A stretch of 64,000 bases of DNA from an uncultured Nitrospinaceae bacterium (GTDB lineage Bacteria; UBA8248), in assembly GCA_964005815.1 (NCBI GenBank), contig CAXFSR010000060.1, positions 1,257-65,256 on the forward strand, written 5' to 3'. Every line of letters starts with the position of its first letter. Within the stretch, counting starts at the first letter, position 1. Positions 1 to 10,039 of this stretch are shown one piece after another. Made by a program: the position numbers and the translations under genes. The notes beneath the pieces are model-generated. The model did no database searches. It saw nothing but the letters and a program-made list of their open reading frames with translations, and had not been told where the DNA came from.

Positions 1-29
1 AATCTATAGAAAAACATAGAAAGTCGATC

Positions 30-1295
30 TTGAAAAATCCTGCAAAAGATGGAATGGCGATGACTTCAAAAAAAATTCTTCAAAAGATAAAAAAAAATGT
101 AACAGAAGAACTTCTATCTGAAGAAGAACAAAATTTAAGATCTGTAATTAACGCTACAGGTATCGTAATACATACAAATTTAGGCCGAGCCCCACTTAGC
201 GATTCTGCTTGTAATTCATTACTTGAAGTAGCTAAAGGATATTCAAACCTTGAATTCGATCTACATTCTGGAAAAAGAGGAAAACGTGAACATAGTATTG
301 AGTCGATTTTATGCAAACTTACCGGCTCAGAAGATGCATTAGTTGTTAACAATAATGCAGCTGCAGTTATGTTTGCACTAAAAGTTATGAGTAAAGATAA
401 AGAATCAATTGTTTCTAGAGGAGAACTAATTGAAATTGGGGGTTCTTTTAGAATTCCCGACATTATGAAAGAAAGTGGCGCAGAACTTATAGAGGTTGGC
501 ACAACTAATAAAACATATATCAAGGATTATGAAAACGCTATAAATAACAATACTGCTCTCCTATTTAAAGCACATACAAGTAATTTCTATATTTCGGGAT
601 TTACAGATACCCCCAGCAGGGAGGAATTATCAAAACTAGGAAAAGAAAAATCACTCCCAGTTCTTGAAGACTTAGGAAGTGGATCTCTTTATAAATTTTC
701 CATTCTATCTACTGAACCTACAGTCATGGATTCGATAAAATCAGGAGTTGACGTAGTCACTTTCTCAGGAGACAAACTACTAGGGGGCCCTCAAGCAGGT
801 ATTATAGTTGGTTCAAAATATTGGATTCAAAAGATGAGGAAAGACCCTATGATGCGCATGCTCAGATTAGATAAATTAGTTATTACTGCTTTGGAAAAAA
901 CTCTGTTATCATTTTTGAATCCAGAAAAGTTAACTAAGGAAATTCCTGTTTACGCAATTCTTTTCCAAGAGAAAAAAACTTTACGAAATAGAGCAAAAAA
1001 ACTTTTAAAGACTTTAGAAAAAAAACAAAAAACTAAAGCTACTTTTTCTATAGAAGAATCCATTGGTCAGGTTGGAGGGGGAACTATGCCATCTACTAAA
1101 CTAGAAAGCTATAGTTTAGTAATTCAAACAAAAAATAAAAGTCCTGATTTTTTTTCAAAATATCTTCGGAAAAGTAAAAACCCAGTAATAGCAAGAATTA
1201 AAGATAACAAGATTTACTTAGATATGCTTTGTGTGAAAGATGGAGATCTGAAATTATTACAACAAACTATAGAAGAAGCACTTTCAATGACTTAG
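30..1295 (+). CDS. selA: L-seryl-tRNA(Sec) selenium transferase (selenocysteine synthase)
   Basis: 421 aa. Shows SelA-type PLP-enzyme motifs (GKREHSIESILCKLTGSEDALVVNNNAAAVMFAL...SGDKLLGGPQAG). It is the first gene of a tightly spaced + strand operon with selB. The start is uncertain: TTG at 30, or ATG at 54 or 60. Confidence 0.85.
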   Translation: MKNPAKDGMAMTSKKILQKIKKNVTEELLSEEEQNLRSVINATGIVIHTNLGRAPLSDSACNSLLEVAKGYSNLEFDLHSGKRGKREHSIESILCKLTGSEDALVVNNNAAAVMFALKVMSKDKESIVSRGELIEIGGSFRIPDIMKESGAELIEVGTTNKTYIKDYENAINNNTALLFKAHTSNFYISGFTDTPSREELSKLGKEKSLPVLEDLGSGSLYKFSILSTEPTVMDSIKSGVDVVTFSGDKLLGGPQAGIIVGSKYWIQKMRKDPMMRMLRLDKLVITALEKTLLSFLNPEKLTKEIPVYAILFQEKKTLRNRAKKLLKTLEKKQKTKATFSIEESIGQVGGGTMPSTKLESYSLVIQTKNKSPDFFSKYLRKSKNPVIARIKDNKIYLDMLCVKDGDLKLLQQTIEEALSMT

Positions 1296-1326
1296 TTTTT
1301 TCTTGAATTAAATATAAGAGAATTTC

Positions 1327-2136
1327 ATGGCTACAGTTTTATCTCATGACGTGAAGATTGATTATGAAGTTTTAAATTCAGAAGGAAAGGGAATTCCTGT
1401 TTTTTTTATTAGCGGACTAGGAGGCGTTAGGAATTCATGGGAAAAACAATTATCTTGCTTCATGTCTCGAGGGCCTGTCATCTTACATGACCACAGGGGA
1501 ACTGGAAAAAGCGACAAACCCTCTGGAGTATATAGCATAGAAAAAATGGCCGAAGACATTATCTCTATCATGAATGAACTTTCGATAGAAAAAGCACACA
1601 TGGTGGGAACCTCTACAGGCGGTGCAATAATACAAATTTTATGTATTAAATATGGAAATAGAATCCAAAGTGGAGTTATAGCTAGTTCCTGGCCTAAGAG
1701 TGACCCTTACTTTATTCGTCAGTTTGAAGTTAGAAAGGAGATCCTCCTCAATATGGGATGGAAAACACATAATCGTCTTTCATCTTTCACTTTATATAGT
1801 CCAGAATTTTTCTCAAATAATTATGCAAAAATAGAAGAAAATGAAGAAAACCAACTCAAAAATATGCCTCCTGAAGAAATAATGGCTGAGAGAATTGACT
1901 GTATTATCAAACACGACCAATTAGAAGGATTACCAAAAATAAAAAATCCTATCCTAGTTTTAGTTGGAAGGGAAGATTTTGTTACGCCGGTATACTACTC
2001 TGAAAAAATTGCATCCTTGATCCCTAAATCTGAATTAAAGATCTTTGATAAAGGTGGGCACTTTATCTATCTGACTTATCCAAATGAGTTTAATAATACA
2101 GTTCTAGATTTTATTAATCGAAATGAAATTATCTAA
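1327..2136 (+). CDS. alpha/beta-fold hydrolase
   Basis: 269 aa. Nucleophile elbow GTSTGG (GxSxG) and a HDHRGTGKSD region. Sits between selA and selB. Confidence 0.75.
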   Translation: MATVLSHDVKIDYEVLNSEGKGIPVFFISGLGGVRNSWEKQLSCFMSRGPVILHDHRGTGKSDKPSGVYSIEKMAEDIISIMNELSIEKAHMVGTSTGGAIIQILCIKYGNRIQSGVIASSWPKSDPYFIRQFEVRKEILLNMGWKTHNRLSSFTLYSPEFFSNNYAKIEENEENQLKNMPPEEIMAERIDCIIKHDQLEGLPKIKNPILVLVGREDFVTPVYYSEKIASLIPKSELKIFDKGGHFIYLTYPNEFNNTVLDFINRNEII

Positions 2137-2156
2137 CAACTCGAGAGATCATTACT

Positions 2157-4061
2157 TTGGATAACCAAGTCATTATTGGTACAGCAGGTCATATCGACCA
2201 TGGAAAAACAACACTAGTTCGCTCACTAACAGGTACAGAAACAGATCGTTTGAAAGAGGAAAAAGAACGCGGAATAACAATAGATCTTGGTTTTGCAAAG
2301 TTTAAATTTGATGAAATTAATGCAGGTATAGTTGATGTCCCTGGTCACGAACGATTCGTAAAAAATATGCTTGCGGGTATTGGTGGTATAGATTTAGTTA
2401 TGCTGGTAATCGCCGCAGATGAAGGAGTGATGCCACAAACAAGAGAACATTTATCAATTTGTGAATTACTAGGTGTGAAAAATGGTCTTATCGTAATCAC
2501 AAAATCAGATCTTGTTGAAAATGAGTGGATTTCTTTAGTAGAGGATGATTTAAAAGAATTTGTAAAGGGAACATTTTTACACGAAAAACCCATCCTTAAA
2601 GTATCCTCTGAAACTGGAGAGGGTATCAGTCAATTGAAACAGACATTAAACAATCTAATTTCTCAAGTTAATCCTAAGGATCAGAATGGTGTTTTTCGAA
2701 TTCCAATAGATAGAGTTTTTACGATGCATGGCTTTGGAGTGGTCGTAACCGGAACGCTTTTCAGTGGAAAAATTGAAACTGGTCAGACCATTGAAATATA
2801 TCCGACTGAAAAAAAAGCAAAAATAAGAGGAATGCAGGTCCATAGTGAATCAGTAGACAAATCTACTGCAGGCTTTCGAACTGCAATCAATATACAAGGA
2901 ATTGAAAAAACTAAATTAGAAAGAGGATATGTATTAGGATTTCCTGAAGAAATGCATTCGACTTACATGCTTGATGTATCTTTAAAACTCCTTGAAAATG
3001 CATCTAATCCTCTCAAAAATCGCGCGCGTATTCGATTTCATTCTGGAACTGTCGAAGTTATGGGAAGAGTAATTATCTTAGAAAAAGACTTTGTAAGTCC
3101 AGGAGATAAAACTTTTGCACAAATTAGACTGGAAAAACCAATTACAGTTCTACCAAGAGATCGTTTTGTAATTAGGAGCTATTCACCTATGACTACTATA
3201 GGTGGTGGTGAAATTTTAGATGTAGACCCTCCAAAATTAAAAAGAATGAAAAAAGAATCTAAATCCAGATTCGAATTTTTTGAAAAAAGTTCGGATAGAG
3301 AACGATTGAAAAAAATAATTGAAGAAAATGGTATATCTGGTTCAAGTATAAAAGAACTTTCAGGAAGAGTTCCTCAAACGATTGATAAAATACGCTCATT
3401 TATTGTTGAATTAAGAGAAGCAAACGAAATATTAATTATGGATTTAGAAACCGGTCTTTCAATTGAGAAAAATGAGTTTGAAAAATTCAAAAAAGATTTA
3501 GAAAGTGAAATTGAAAATTATCACAAAAAAAACCCCCTAAAATCGAGTGCGCCCAAAGAAGAAATTAGAAGTAGATTGGGAAAAATTAATGAGAAGATTT
3601 TTTCTATGGGGTTAGAAGATTTAAAAAAAATTGGCTCTATTAGTGAGGATCAAACAACAGTTAAAATATCTTCACACTCTATAGTGCTAGATAAGGAACA
3701 GAAATTATTATCTAAAAAAATTGAGAACATTTTTTTAGATGCTAAATTTCAACCACCAACTTTTAAAACCCTACTCTCAGATGTAAAATTAACAGAAGAA
3801 AAACTTACGGAAATTATTCAGATATTGGTTACAGAAAAAAAACTTGTTATTTTAAAAGGAGATCTGATTTTTCATTCAAAATCTCTGGATAATGCTCGTT
3901 CTGAGTTAGAATCTTTTATTCGGGGAAATAACGAGATTACCGCATCTGAATTTCGTGATCTACTAGGAATTTCCAGAAAATTTGCAATACCAATACTAGA
4001 ACATTTTGACATTATGAAAATAACAGTCAGGGTGGGAGATAAACGAATAATTAAAAAATAA
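2157..4061 (+). CDS. selB: selenocysteine-specific translation elongation factor SelB
   Basis: 634 aa. N-terminal GTPase motifs [23 protein letters not shown] and TKSDL, followed by a long C-terminal winged-helix extension typical of SelB. Probable TTG start. Confidence 0.9.
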   Translation: MDNQVIIGTAGHIDHGKTTLVRSLTGTETDRLKEEKERGITIDLGFAKFKFDEINAGIVDVPGHERFVKNMLAGIGGIDLVMLVIAADEGVMPQTREHLSICELLGVKNGLIVITKSDLVENEWISLVEDDLKEFVKGTFLHEKPILKVSSETGEGISQLKQTLNNLISQVNPKDQNGVFRIPIDRVFTMHGFGVVVTGTLFSGKIETGQTIEIYPTEKKAKIRGMQVHSESVDKSTAGFRTAINIQGIEKTKLERGYVLGFPEEMHSTYMLDVSLKLLENASNPLKNRARIRFHSGTVEVMGRVIILEKDFVSPGDKTFAQIRLEKPITVLPRDRFVIRSYSPMTTIGGGEILDVDPPKLKRMKKESKSRFEFFEKSSDRERLKKIIEENGISGSSIKELSGRVPQTIDKIRSFIVELREANEILIMDLETGLSIEKNEFEKFKKDLESEIENYHKKNPLKSSAPKEEIRSRLGKINEKIFSMGLEDLKKIGSISEDQTTVKISSHSIVLDKEQKLLSKKIENIFLDAKFQPPTFKTLLSDVKLTEEKLTEIIQILVTEKKLVILKGDLIFHSKSLDNARSELESFIRGNNEITASEFRDLLGISRKFAIPILEHFDIMKITVRVGDKRIIKK

Positions 4062-4066
4062 ACCAA

Positions 4067-5227
4067 ATGAAAAAAAAATTTCAAAAAATAAGAGAAAATA
4101 TTCCTGCTTTAAAAAGTCAAATCTATGTAAATTGGGGAGGTGCTGGTCCTTCGCCAAAATTTATAGTTGACAAGATTGCTACTTACTTGAAATGGGAATC
4201 TAAAATTGGACCATTCCATCCAAAAGTTAGAGAAGAAACATTAAAAATTAAACAAACTTTACGGAATACTGTTGCTAAAGTTTTCAAATCATCCCCAGAT
4301 GAAATTGCTATTACTGACAATACAACTTCTGGAATCAATATCGCTGCATCCGGAATTGACTGGAAAAAGTCTGATGAGGTAATAGTTGCTAATGAAGAAC
4401 ATCCAGGAGGTTTTCTCCCTTGGTTGGTTTGGGTCAAAAGAAAAAAAATTAAAGTCAAACTTCTGGATGTTGGAGAATCCGACAAACAATTAATCAATAA
4501 TCTAAATCATTTAATAACAAAATCTACAAAAGCTATATGTATAAGTCACATCTCATGGCTCTCAGGAAAGATTTTTCCTGTTCAATTAATTTCAAAGATA
4601 TGTAAAAAAAATAATATTTTGCTTATTGTAGATGGAGCACAATCTATAGGGCAAAAAGAAATTAATATTCCGAATACGGGAGCAGATATTTATACTATTT
4701 CTGGACAAAAATGGCTTATGGGACCTCAAGGAACAGGGGCACTATATATCAGGAAAAGAAAATCTAGAAACATCCTATTATCAAGAGCAGCATATGGAAC
4801 TGCAAGAATAAAAAATCTTAATAAACTATCATTCACTCCATTTTCAACAGCAAAAAAATTTGAAAGTGGAACTATGAATATGGGTCTTATTTCTGGTTTA
4901 ACAGAAAGCTTAAATCTATTCTACAAACTAGATCCATCAATAATAGAAAATCGAATCAAGACTCTGACAGAACAATTAATTGGAATGATACGAAACCGAG
5001 AAAGAATTCAATTTCTTTCCCCAACTAAGGAAATTGAATCTGGAATTGTTTCTTTTTCTATCAAAGGTATTAACTCAACTAAAATTGTGAAACTTCTTCT
5101 TAAGAAGAAAATTGTTTTACGAGAAGTCGAATCATCTCCCTCATCCGTTAGAATTTCTATTCATTACGTAAATACCGAAAAAGAAATAGAAGAAATTGCC
5201 TGTGCTATAAATGAGATCTCGCAATAA
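4067..5227 (+). CDS. class-V aminotransferase-fold PLP enzyme, SufS/CsdA-like but lacking the catalytic Cys
   Basis: 386 aa. Motif LIVDGAQSIGQ...ISGQKWLMGPQGTGALYIRK contains the PLP-binding Lys, and a FESGTMN motif follows. At the position of the SufS RAGHHCA loop this protein has REVESSPSS, so the persulfide Cys is replaced by Ser. Starts 5 nt after the selB stop. Confidence 0.7.
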   Translation: MKKKFQKIRENIPALKSQIYVNWGGAGPSPKFIVDKIATYLKWESKIGPFHPKVREETLKIKQTLRNTVAKVFKSSPDEIAITDNTTSGINIAASGIDWKKSDEVIVANEEHPGGFLPWLVWVKRKKIKVKLLDVGESDKQLINNLNHLITKSTKAICISHISWLSGKIFPVQLISKICKKNNILLIVDGAQSIGQKEINIPNTGADIYTISGQKWLMGPQGTGALYIRKRKSRNILLSRAAYGTARIKNLNKLSFTPFSTAKKFESGTMNMGLISGLTESLNLFYKLDPSIIENRIKTLTEQLIGMIRNRERIQFLSPTKEIESGIVSFSIKGINSTKIVKLLLKKKIVLREVESSPSSVRISIHYVNTEKEIEEIACAINEISQ

Positions 5228-5256
5228 AAAAAGGCGGCAAGATAAACTCACCGCCC
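5226..5256 (-). terminator. putative rho-independent terminator for the convergent gene pair
   Basis: GGCGG(5233-5237) ... CCGCC(5251-5255) hairpin. An A7 run on the + strand at 5226-5232 gives a T-run on the minus strand just after the hairpin, downstream of the minus-strand gene that ends at 5279. Confidence 0.35.
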
Positions 5257-5278
5257 TAAGTTGTCTTGGTAGTTACAA

Positions 5279-5989
5279 TCAGTTCATTTTTATAGAAAGC
5301 TCGGTTTTTCCACTGGCCTTAACGGTTACCATTTGTTCTTTTTTCCCAAGCTTCTCATGCCATACTTTAACTTTATATTTCCCAGCAGGAACATCAGATA
5401 TTTTGAATTTTCCACTATTTCCAGTTACAGTAATATAAGGATGTTTTGAAACCGCAACATATCCAACCATCCAATTATGGACATCACATGTTATTTTTAC
5501 GATTCCTGGTTTTGAAAAAAATCTCTTACTCATCTTTAATTTTTTCTTAAATTTTGGCTGTGCAATATTTGCAGTCTTATTTCCGGTTTTTCCAGGATAG
5601 GTATGAATATTGTGAAGAATTTTATCACTATTTTTAATAGTAAGTTTTCCTTTGACTTTCATTACAACTACTCTAGGCAGATAAATACACCCTTTCTGAT
5701 CTATTACAACTTTTTTCATTTTCTTGGACCACTTCTTTTTCTTTTTTATTCCTTCGATAGAAACTACTGCATACTGAACTCCACCATTTTGAACAAGAAG
5801 ACTTTGATCGTATATAGGTTTCTTTGCACATGCTTTCTTATCTTTGTTCACAGAAAGTTTCTTTGCGCTGGGAACTTTTCCATCATATTTGATTACACCA
5901 GAAACCGTACCAGCACTCACTAAGCCTACTTGTGAAACTAAGAAAATTGCCGATAATAGAAAGAAGAAACTACGAGTAAAAATGTGCAT
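5279..5989 (-). CDS. secreted cupredoxin-like (type-1 blue copper) protein with C-terminal extension
   Basis: 236 aa. N-terminal signal peptide MHIFTRSFFFLLSAIFLVSQVGLVSA. Has an HN motif (LHNIH) about 38 residues before C-D-V-H-N-W-M. Both the spacing and the C-x2-H-x2-M ligand loop match amicyanin/pseudoazurin Cu sites. About 55 additional residues follow the Cu site. Confidence 0.5.
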   Translation of the reverse strand: MHIFTRSFFFLLSAIFLVSQVGLVSAGTVSGVIKYDGKVPSAKKLSVNKDKKACAKKPIYDQSLLVQNGGVQYAVVSIEGIKKKKKWSKKMKKVVIDQKGCIYLPRVVVMKVKGKLTIKNSDKILHNIHTYPGKTGNKTANIAQPKFKKKLKMSKRFFSKPGIVKITCDVHNWMVGYVAVSKHPYITVTGNSGKFKISDVPAGKYKVKVWHEKLGKKEQMVTVKASGKTELSIKMN

Positions 5990-6149
5990 TTCCGTTACCT
6001 CTCAAATTAAAATCAAAAAAAAATAACAATTAGTATGATTCTAAACAACTTAAAAAAAGATTCAATAGTTAATGAAACATAATTCTTATTTCTATATCCT
6101 TTTATAATTTGTTATTCATAAGTAGAATACATTTAGGAAAAATAACATT

Positions 6150-6989
6150 TTGAATTATAGGGTTAAAAAAATGTCAGTAGAAAAAACAAGAATTAAAGTG
6201 CCAGAAACCTTGGAAGGTTGGGCAATTTTGCATCAAATTTACAAGGTCAAATGGGATGAATGGAAATTAAATTCCGATGTTAAAATGGTAGATTTGCTTT
6301 GCAAAACGATAGAAGGAGTTAACCAATCAGAAAATAGTCAATCTGCTGTCTTTTCAATTTTAGGACATAAAGGGGATTTACTGTTCATCCACTTTCGAAA
6401 AACACTTGATGAGTTAAATGAAATAGAAAGAACTTTTAAAAAATTAGAAATTTTTAAATATATGGAAGAAACCACCTCTTATGTTTCTTTCCTGGAACTT
6501 GGTCTTTATGAGATGACTTTAAAATTGCATAAAAAATTTGTCGACGAGGGTATCGAATATGGAACTGAAGAATGGAAAGAAAAATGGAAATTAGCTCTTG
6601 AATCAGAAAAAGAGAGAATGCTTAGTCGATTATATATGGACATCCCTGATGAAAAGTATCTTTGTTTCTATCCTATGAATAAACTAAGAGGAGAAGAGAA
6701 AAACTGGTATGCATTAGATATTCAAGAAAGACAAGCATTAATGAGAGAACACGGATTTGTTGGAAGAAAATATGCCGGAAAAGTCAAACAAATTATTACC
6801 GGTAGTATTGGTTTTGACGACTGGGAATGGGGAGTATATCTTTTCTCGCAAGATCCACTTGTTTTCAAAAAATTAATCTACGAAATGAGATTTGATGAAG
6901 CAAGTATCTGGTACGCAGAATTTGGTCCTTTTTATATAGGACTCAGAAAAAAATTAAATGAAATTCCAGGTTTTTTTAATCCTTATTAA
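6150..6989 (+). CDS. chlorite dismutase family protein (Cld/HemQ-like haem enzyme)
   Basis: 279 aa. Shows the YPMNKLRGEEKNWYALDIQERQALMREHG and FDDWEWGVYLFSQDP regions characteristic of the Cld/HemQ fold. Start is TTG at 6150 or ATG at 6171. Confidence 0.75.
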   Translation: MNYRVKKMSVEKTRIKVPETLEGWAILHQIYKVKWDEWKLNSDVKMVDLLCKTIEGVNQSENSQSAVFSILGHKGDLLFIHFRKTLDELNEIERTFKKLEIFKYMEETTSYVSFLELGLYEMTLKLHKKFVDEGIEYGTEEWKEKWKLALESEKERMLSRLYMDIPDEKYLCFYPMNKLRGEEKNWYALDIQERQALMREHGFVGRKYAGKVKQIITGSIGFDDWEWGVYLFSQDPLVFKKLIYEMRFDEASIWYAEFGPFYIGLRKKLNEIPGFFNPY

Positions 6990-6998
6990 AAAAAATTT

Positions 6999-7835
6999 AT
7001 GAAAAAAATTCTTATCGCTGGTTGTGGTTACGTAGGCAATGAACTTGGAGAGAGACTAAGCTCACAGGGACATGAAGTATGGGGTATTAAAAGAGAAATC
7101 AATTCAATTCATCCATCTATTCAATCAATTTCTGCTGACTTAAGTAAAAAAGACACTTTGCAAATTCTTCCAAAAGATATTGATTATGTTTTTTATATGC
7201 CATCTCCGAGGACAAGAAACGAAAATGTGTATAACAATGTTTTTCTTAAAGGCATCAGAAATTTAGTAGAATGTATGAAAAAAAATAAATATGAAACAAA
7301 AAAAATTTTTTTTATTTCAAGTACTTCTGTATATGGACAAAATTCTGGAGAATGGATAGATGAAAACTCTACAACAAAACCAAAATCTTCTACAGCAAAG
7401 ATAATTCTCCAAACAGAAAATTATATTCTAAAGAATTACTTAAAAACTACTATTGTAAGATTTTCTGGTATTTATGGACCTGGGCGAACAGGATTTTTAA
7501 ATAAAATGATTAATGAGGGCAAAACGTTTACCCATAATCGATATACCAATAGAATACACAGAGATGATTGTGCAAACGCACTGATTCACTTAATGAATTT
7601 ACCTAATTGTGAAAATATCTATCTCGTTTCAGACAATGAGCCAGTAGATCTTTCTGAGTTAGCAAACTGGATTAAAATAAAAAAGGGATTAAAAAATGAG
7701 GGTCTTGAATACTTAACAAAGATCCCATTTATTAAAACTAAATCAAATAAAAGATGTTCAAATAAAAAATTAATAGATTCAGGATATAAATTTTTATTTC
7801 CAAGCTTTCGCGAAGGATACAGTGGAATAATTTAG
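6999..7835 (+). CDS. NAD-dependent epimerase/dehydratase family protein
   Basis: 278 aa. Rossmann motif ILIAGCGYVGNELGERL at the N-terminus. Short-chain epimerase-like fold. Confidence 0.7.
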   Translation: MKKILIAGCGYVGNELGERLSSQGHEVWGIKREINSIHPSIQSISADLSKKDTLQILPKDIDYVFYMPSPRTRNENVYNNVFLKGIRNLVECMKKNKYETKKIFFISSTSVYGQNSGEWIDENSTTKPKSSTAKIILQTENYILKNYLKTTIVRFSGIYGPGRTGFLNKMINEGKTFTHNRYTNRIHRDDCANALIHLMNLPNCENIYLVSDNEPVDLSELANWIKIKKGLKNEGLEYLTKIPFIKTKSNKRCSNKKLIDSGYKFLFPSFREGYSGII

Positions 7836-7840
7836 TTTCT

Positions 7841-8530
7841 TTACTTATTGAAATTCAATAATATATTTATATCTTTCCTCAGTTTACGTAATTCTTCCTT
7901 GTTATTGCTCATATAATATCCACGAACTCTCAGTTCTGTATCAATTAATACAAAACGAAAACTATGCAAAATACTTATTTTTTTCTGATGACCTGGGTGA
8001 TGTGCATATGCATTTGGCAAAAAAGAAGCATTATTTAAAAATTCAAAAAAAGAAGAAATTTTTTTCTGTTTTTTATATAAAGCAATGTCTGCGCTTAATC
8101 CAAGTCCAGATTTCACTAAATTATGTATCTCTGATTTTTCTCCTGTAAGAAAAAACCATTTTTCAAAGTTTGCATTAAACCGTTTTCCATATTTTTGGAG
8201 TACACTAGAAGTATCAAATTCGGGATTAAGAGTGACAGAAAATTGTGAAAAAAGTTTTTCCTTCACAAACTCTCTTTGTAATTTTGACATTTCGGATGAT
8301 TGCAAAGGACAAGTATCATTACACCGGGTAAAGATTAAATCTCCAACCCAAATTTTTCCTTTTAAATTTTTCTCCGTAAAAACGATATTTCCCTGATCTT
8401 TTAGAGAAAACTTAGAAATGTCTTTAAAAGTCGGCAGAATATTGTTGTTCTGCTTACACCCAGTAAATAAAAATAAACATAAAAAAACGTACAAGAAAAA
8501 ATAATTGTTCTTTGTAGTACTTTTTCTCAA
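7841..8530 (-). CDS. SCO1/SenC family copper chaperone lipoprotein
   Basis: 229 aa. Lipobox LFTGC, thioredoxin-like CxxxCP motif (FTRCNDTCP) and a conserved downstream His. Confidence 0.8.
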   Translation of the reverse strand: MRKSTTKNNYFFLYVFLCLFLFTGCKQNNNILPTFKDISKFSLKDQGNIVFTEKNLKGKIWVGDLIFTRCNDTCPLQSSEMSKLQREFVKEKLFSQFSVTLNPEFDTSSVLQKYGKRFNANFEKWFFLTGEKSEIHNLVKSGLGLSADIALYKKQKKISSFFEFLNNASFLPNAYAHHPGHQKKISILHSFRFVLIDTELRVRGYYMSNNKEELRKLRKDINILLNFNK

Positions 8531-8531
8531 T

Positions 8532-9713
8532 TTAAGTGCCTTCCTTAGTATTTCTATGTCGGTGAATGTTCATTGAAACTAAAAGAGCAACGAAACACAA
8601 AAATGAGAAAAACAAAAATGTTTTCTCTACCCCATAGGCCTCGGCAACTAATCCTGCAATTAAAGGTGATAAAATAGAAGCAACTTCATTGACACTATAC
8701 AATAATCCAATAGAACTGGCTCTATTGTCCTCTTCTACCACTTTCGTAGCTACTGACAAAATAAGGCCTTGTGTAGGATTTAGGGTCCCACCAAGTAAAA
8801 TAATAAATATGAAAGTTAAAAAAATTGAAAGATTAGATGACAAAAATACTAATGAAATAGAAGCAATTATCATCATCAAAGAGAGATATAATGTTTCCCG
8901 ATCTCCTTCTGCAATCTTCCCCCAAAAAATGGAGCTGAGAGTTCCTACTAAAAAATAGAGTGTTAGAATCCACCCTATAGACGTGACATTAAAACCAAGA
9001 CTTTCTGCAATCCAGATAGGCAAAAATGTCATAATTCCTCTAAGACCCATCACTCGACAACTTGATAATAAAAGAATGAACATTAATATTTTATTATGAA
9101 ATAATTGAGAAAATGTTCTCTTTACCTCATTTTTTAATTCTTTCTTCTCTCTAGAAAAATCGGTAAAACTAAACCAAATAACTAAGGAAAATATAACTCC
9201 CGGAAGAACAAAAAACTGAACTGCGGTTCTCCAATCACCAAAGTAATATGTTAACCAACCAACTAGAACAGGAGTAAAAATACTGCCAAAATCTCCTCCA
9301 GCCTTAAAAATACTCATATGAAAAGAAAGTTTTTTTGTCGCTTCCCTTGCAAGTAACGCTACTGCAGGAGGATGGTAAGCAGAACTACCAATTCCACTAA
9401 GAAAAACCAAAAAAAGCAAAACGAAAAACGATTCAAGAAAACCAAAGAAAATTAAGGGTATTGCGCTAATGACAAGCGATAGGCATAAAATAAGCCTATG
9501 CCTGTTTAAGTAATCTGCAAAAAAAGATATAGGAAATTGAAAGATGCCACACGCAAATGAATAAGTAGATACAATTAATCCAGTTTCAAAATAACTCAAT
9601 TTGAAATCAAGTAGTATAAGAGGCAAAACCGGAGTCAGAACCCTAGCATAGACTGAATTGACGGCATGACTACCCGACAATAAAAAAACACTTTTAAGAT
9701 TAGGAGATTCCAT
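8532..9713 (-). CDS. MFS transporter
   Basis: About 12 TM helices. The tracked ORF 8532-9854 is extended at its N-terminus by reading through the reverse complement of tRNA-Phe (VAQSVEQRTENPRVGGSIPPRG). The real start is taken as the ATG at 9711-9713 (MESPNLKS...). Confidence 0.75.
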   Translation of the reverse strand: MESPNLKSVFLLSGSHAVNSVYARVLTPVLPLILLDFKLSYFETGLIVSTYSFACGIFQFPISFFADYLNRHRLILCLSLVISAIPLIFFGFLESFFVLLFLVFLSGIGSSAYHPPAVALLAREATKKLSFHMSIFKAGGDFGSIFTPVLVGWLTYYFGDWRTAVQFFVLPGVIFSLVIWFSFTDFSREKKELKNEVKRTFSQLFHNKILMFILLLSSCRVMGLRGIMTFLPIWIAESLGFNVTSIGWILTLYFLVGTLSSIFWGKIAEGDRETLYLSLMMIIASISLVFLSSNLSIFLTFIFIILLGGTLNPTQGLILSVATKVVEEDNRASSIGLLYSVNEVASILSPLIAGLVAEAYGVEKTFLFFSFLCFVALLVSMNIHRHRNTKEGT

Positions 9714-9772
9714 AATATTGAATTTTCTGGCAGAGAAAACGGACTTCTTTAAATCAATTTTAAAGTAAAAAA

Positions 9773-9848
<76 letters not shown>

Positions 9849-9898
9849 ACACAAAAACTTTTCTAAATCATCAAAAAAGATTTGTATTCAAGAAAATA

Positions 9899-9927
9899 AT
9901 TCTAGGTGCATCAAAAAATAGCGTCAA
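9899..9927 (-). promoter_or_regulatory. putative sigma70-type promoter for tRNA-Phe
   Basis: On the minus strand: TTGACG (complement of 9922-9927), a 17-nt spacer, then TAGAAT (complement of 9899-9904). This lies about 45 nt upstream of the tRNA 5' end. Confidence 0.35.
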
Positions 9928-10039
9928 GCGCAGTCAAAATTAAAGTATTTAAAAATTAACATTGCAAATAATACTTGTTTCAATCAAATTATGAAATTAG
10001 TTTCGTGCAAAATATTTAACCATAAGAAAGAGGAATTTT

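Noticed and set aside
5211-6026. ORFs 5211-5438, 5603-5923 and 5844-6026 on the + strand
   Set aside because: They overlap the minus-strand cupredoxin-like gene, which has a signal peptide and a Cu-site motif. They are hydrophobic and low-complexity translations of the antisense strand.
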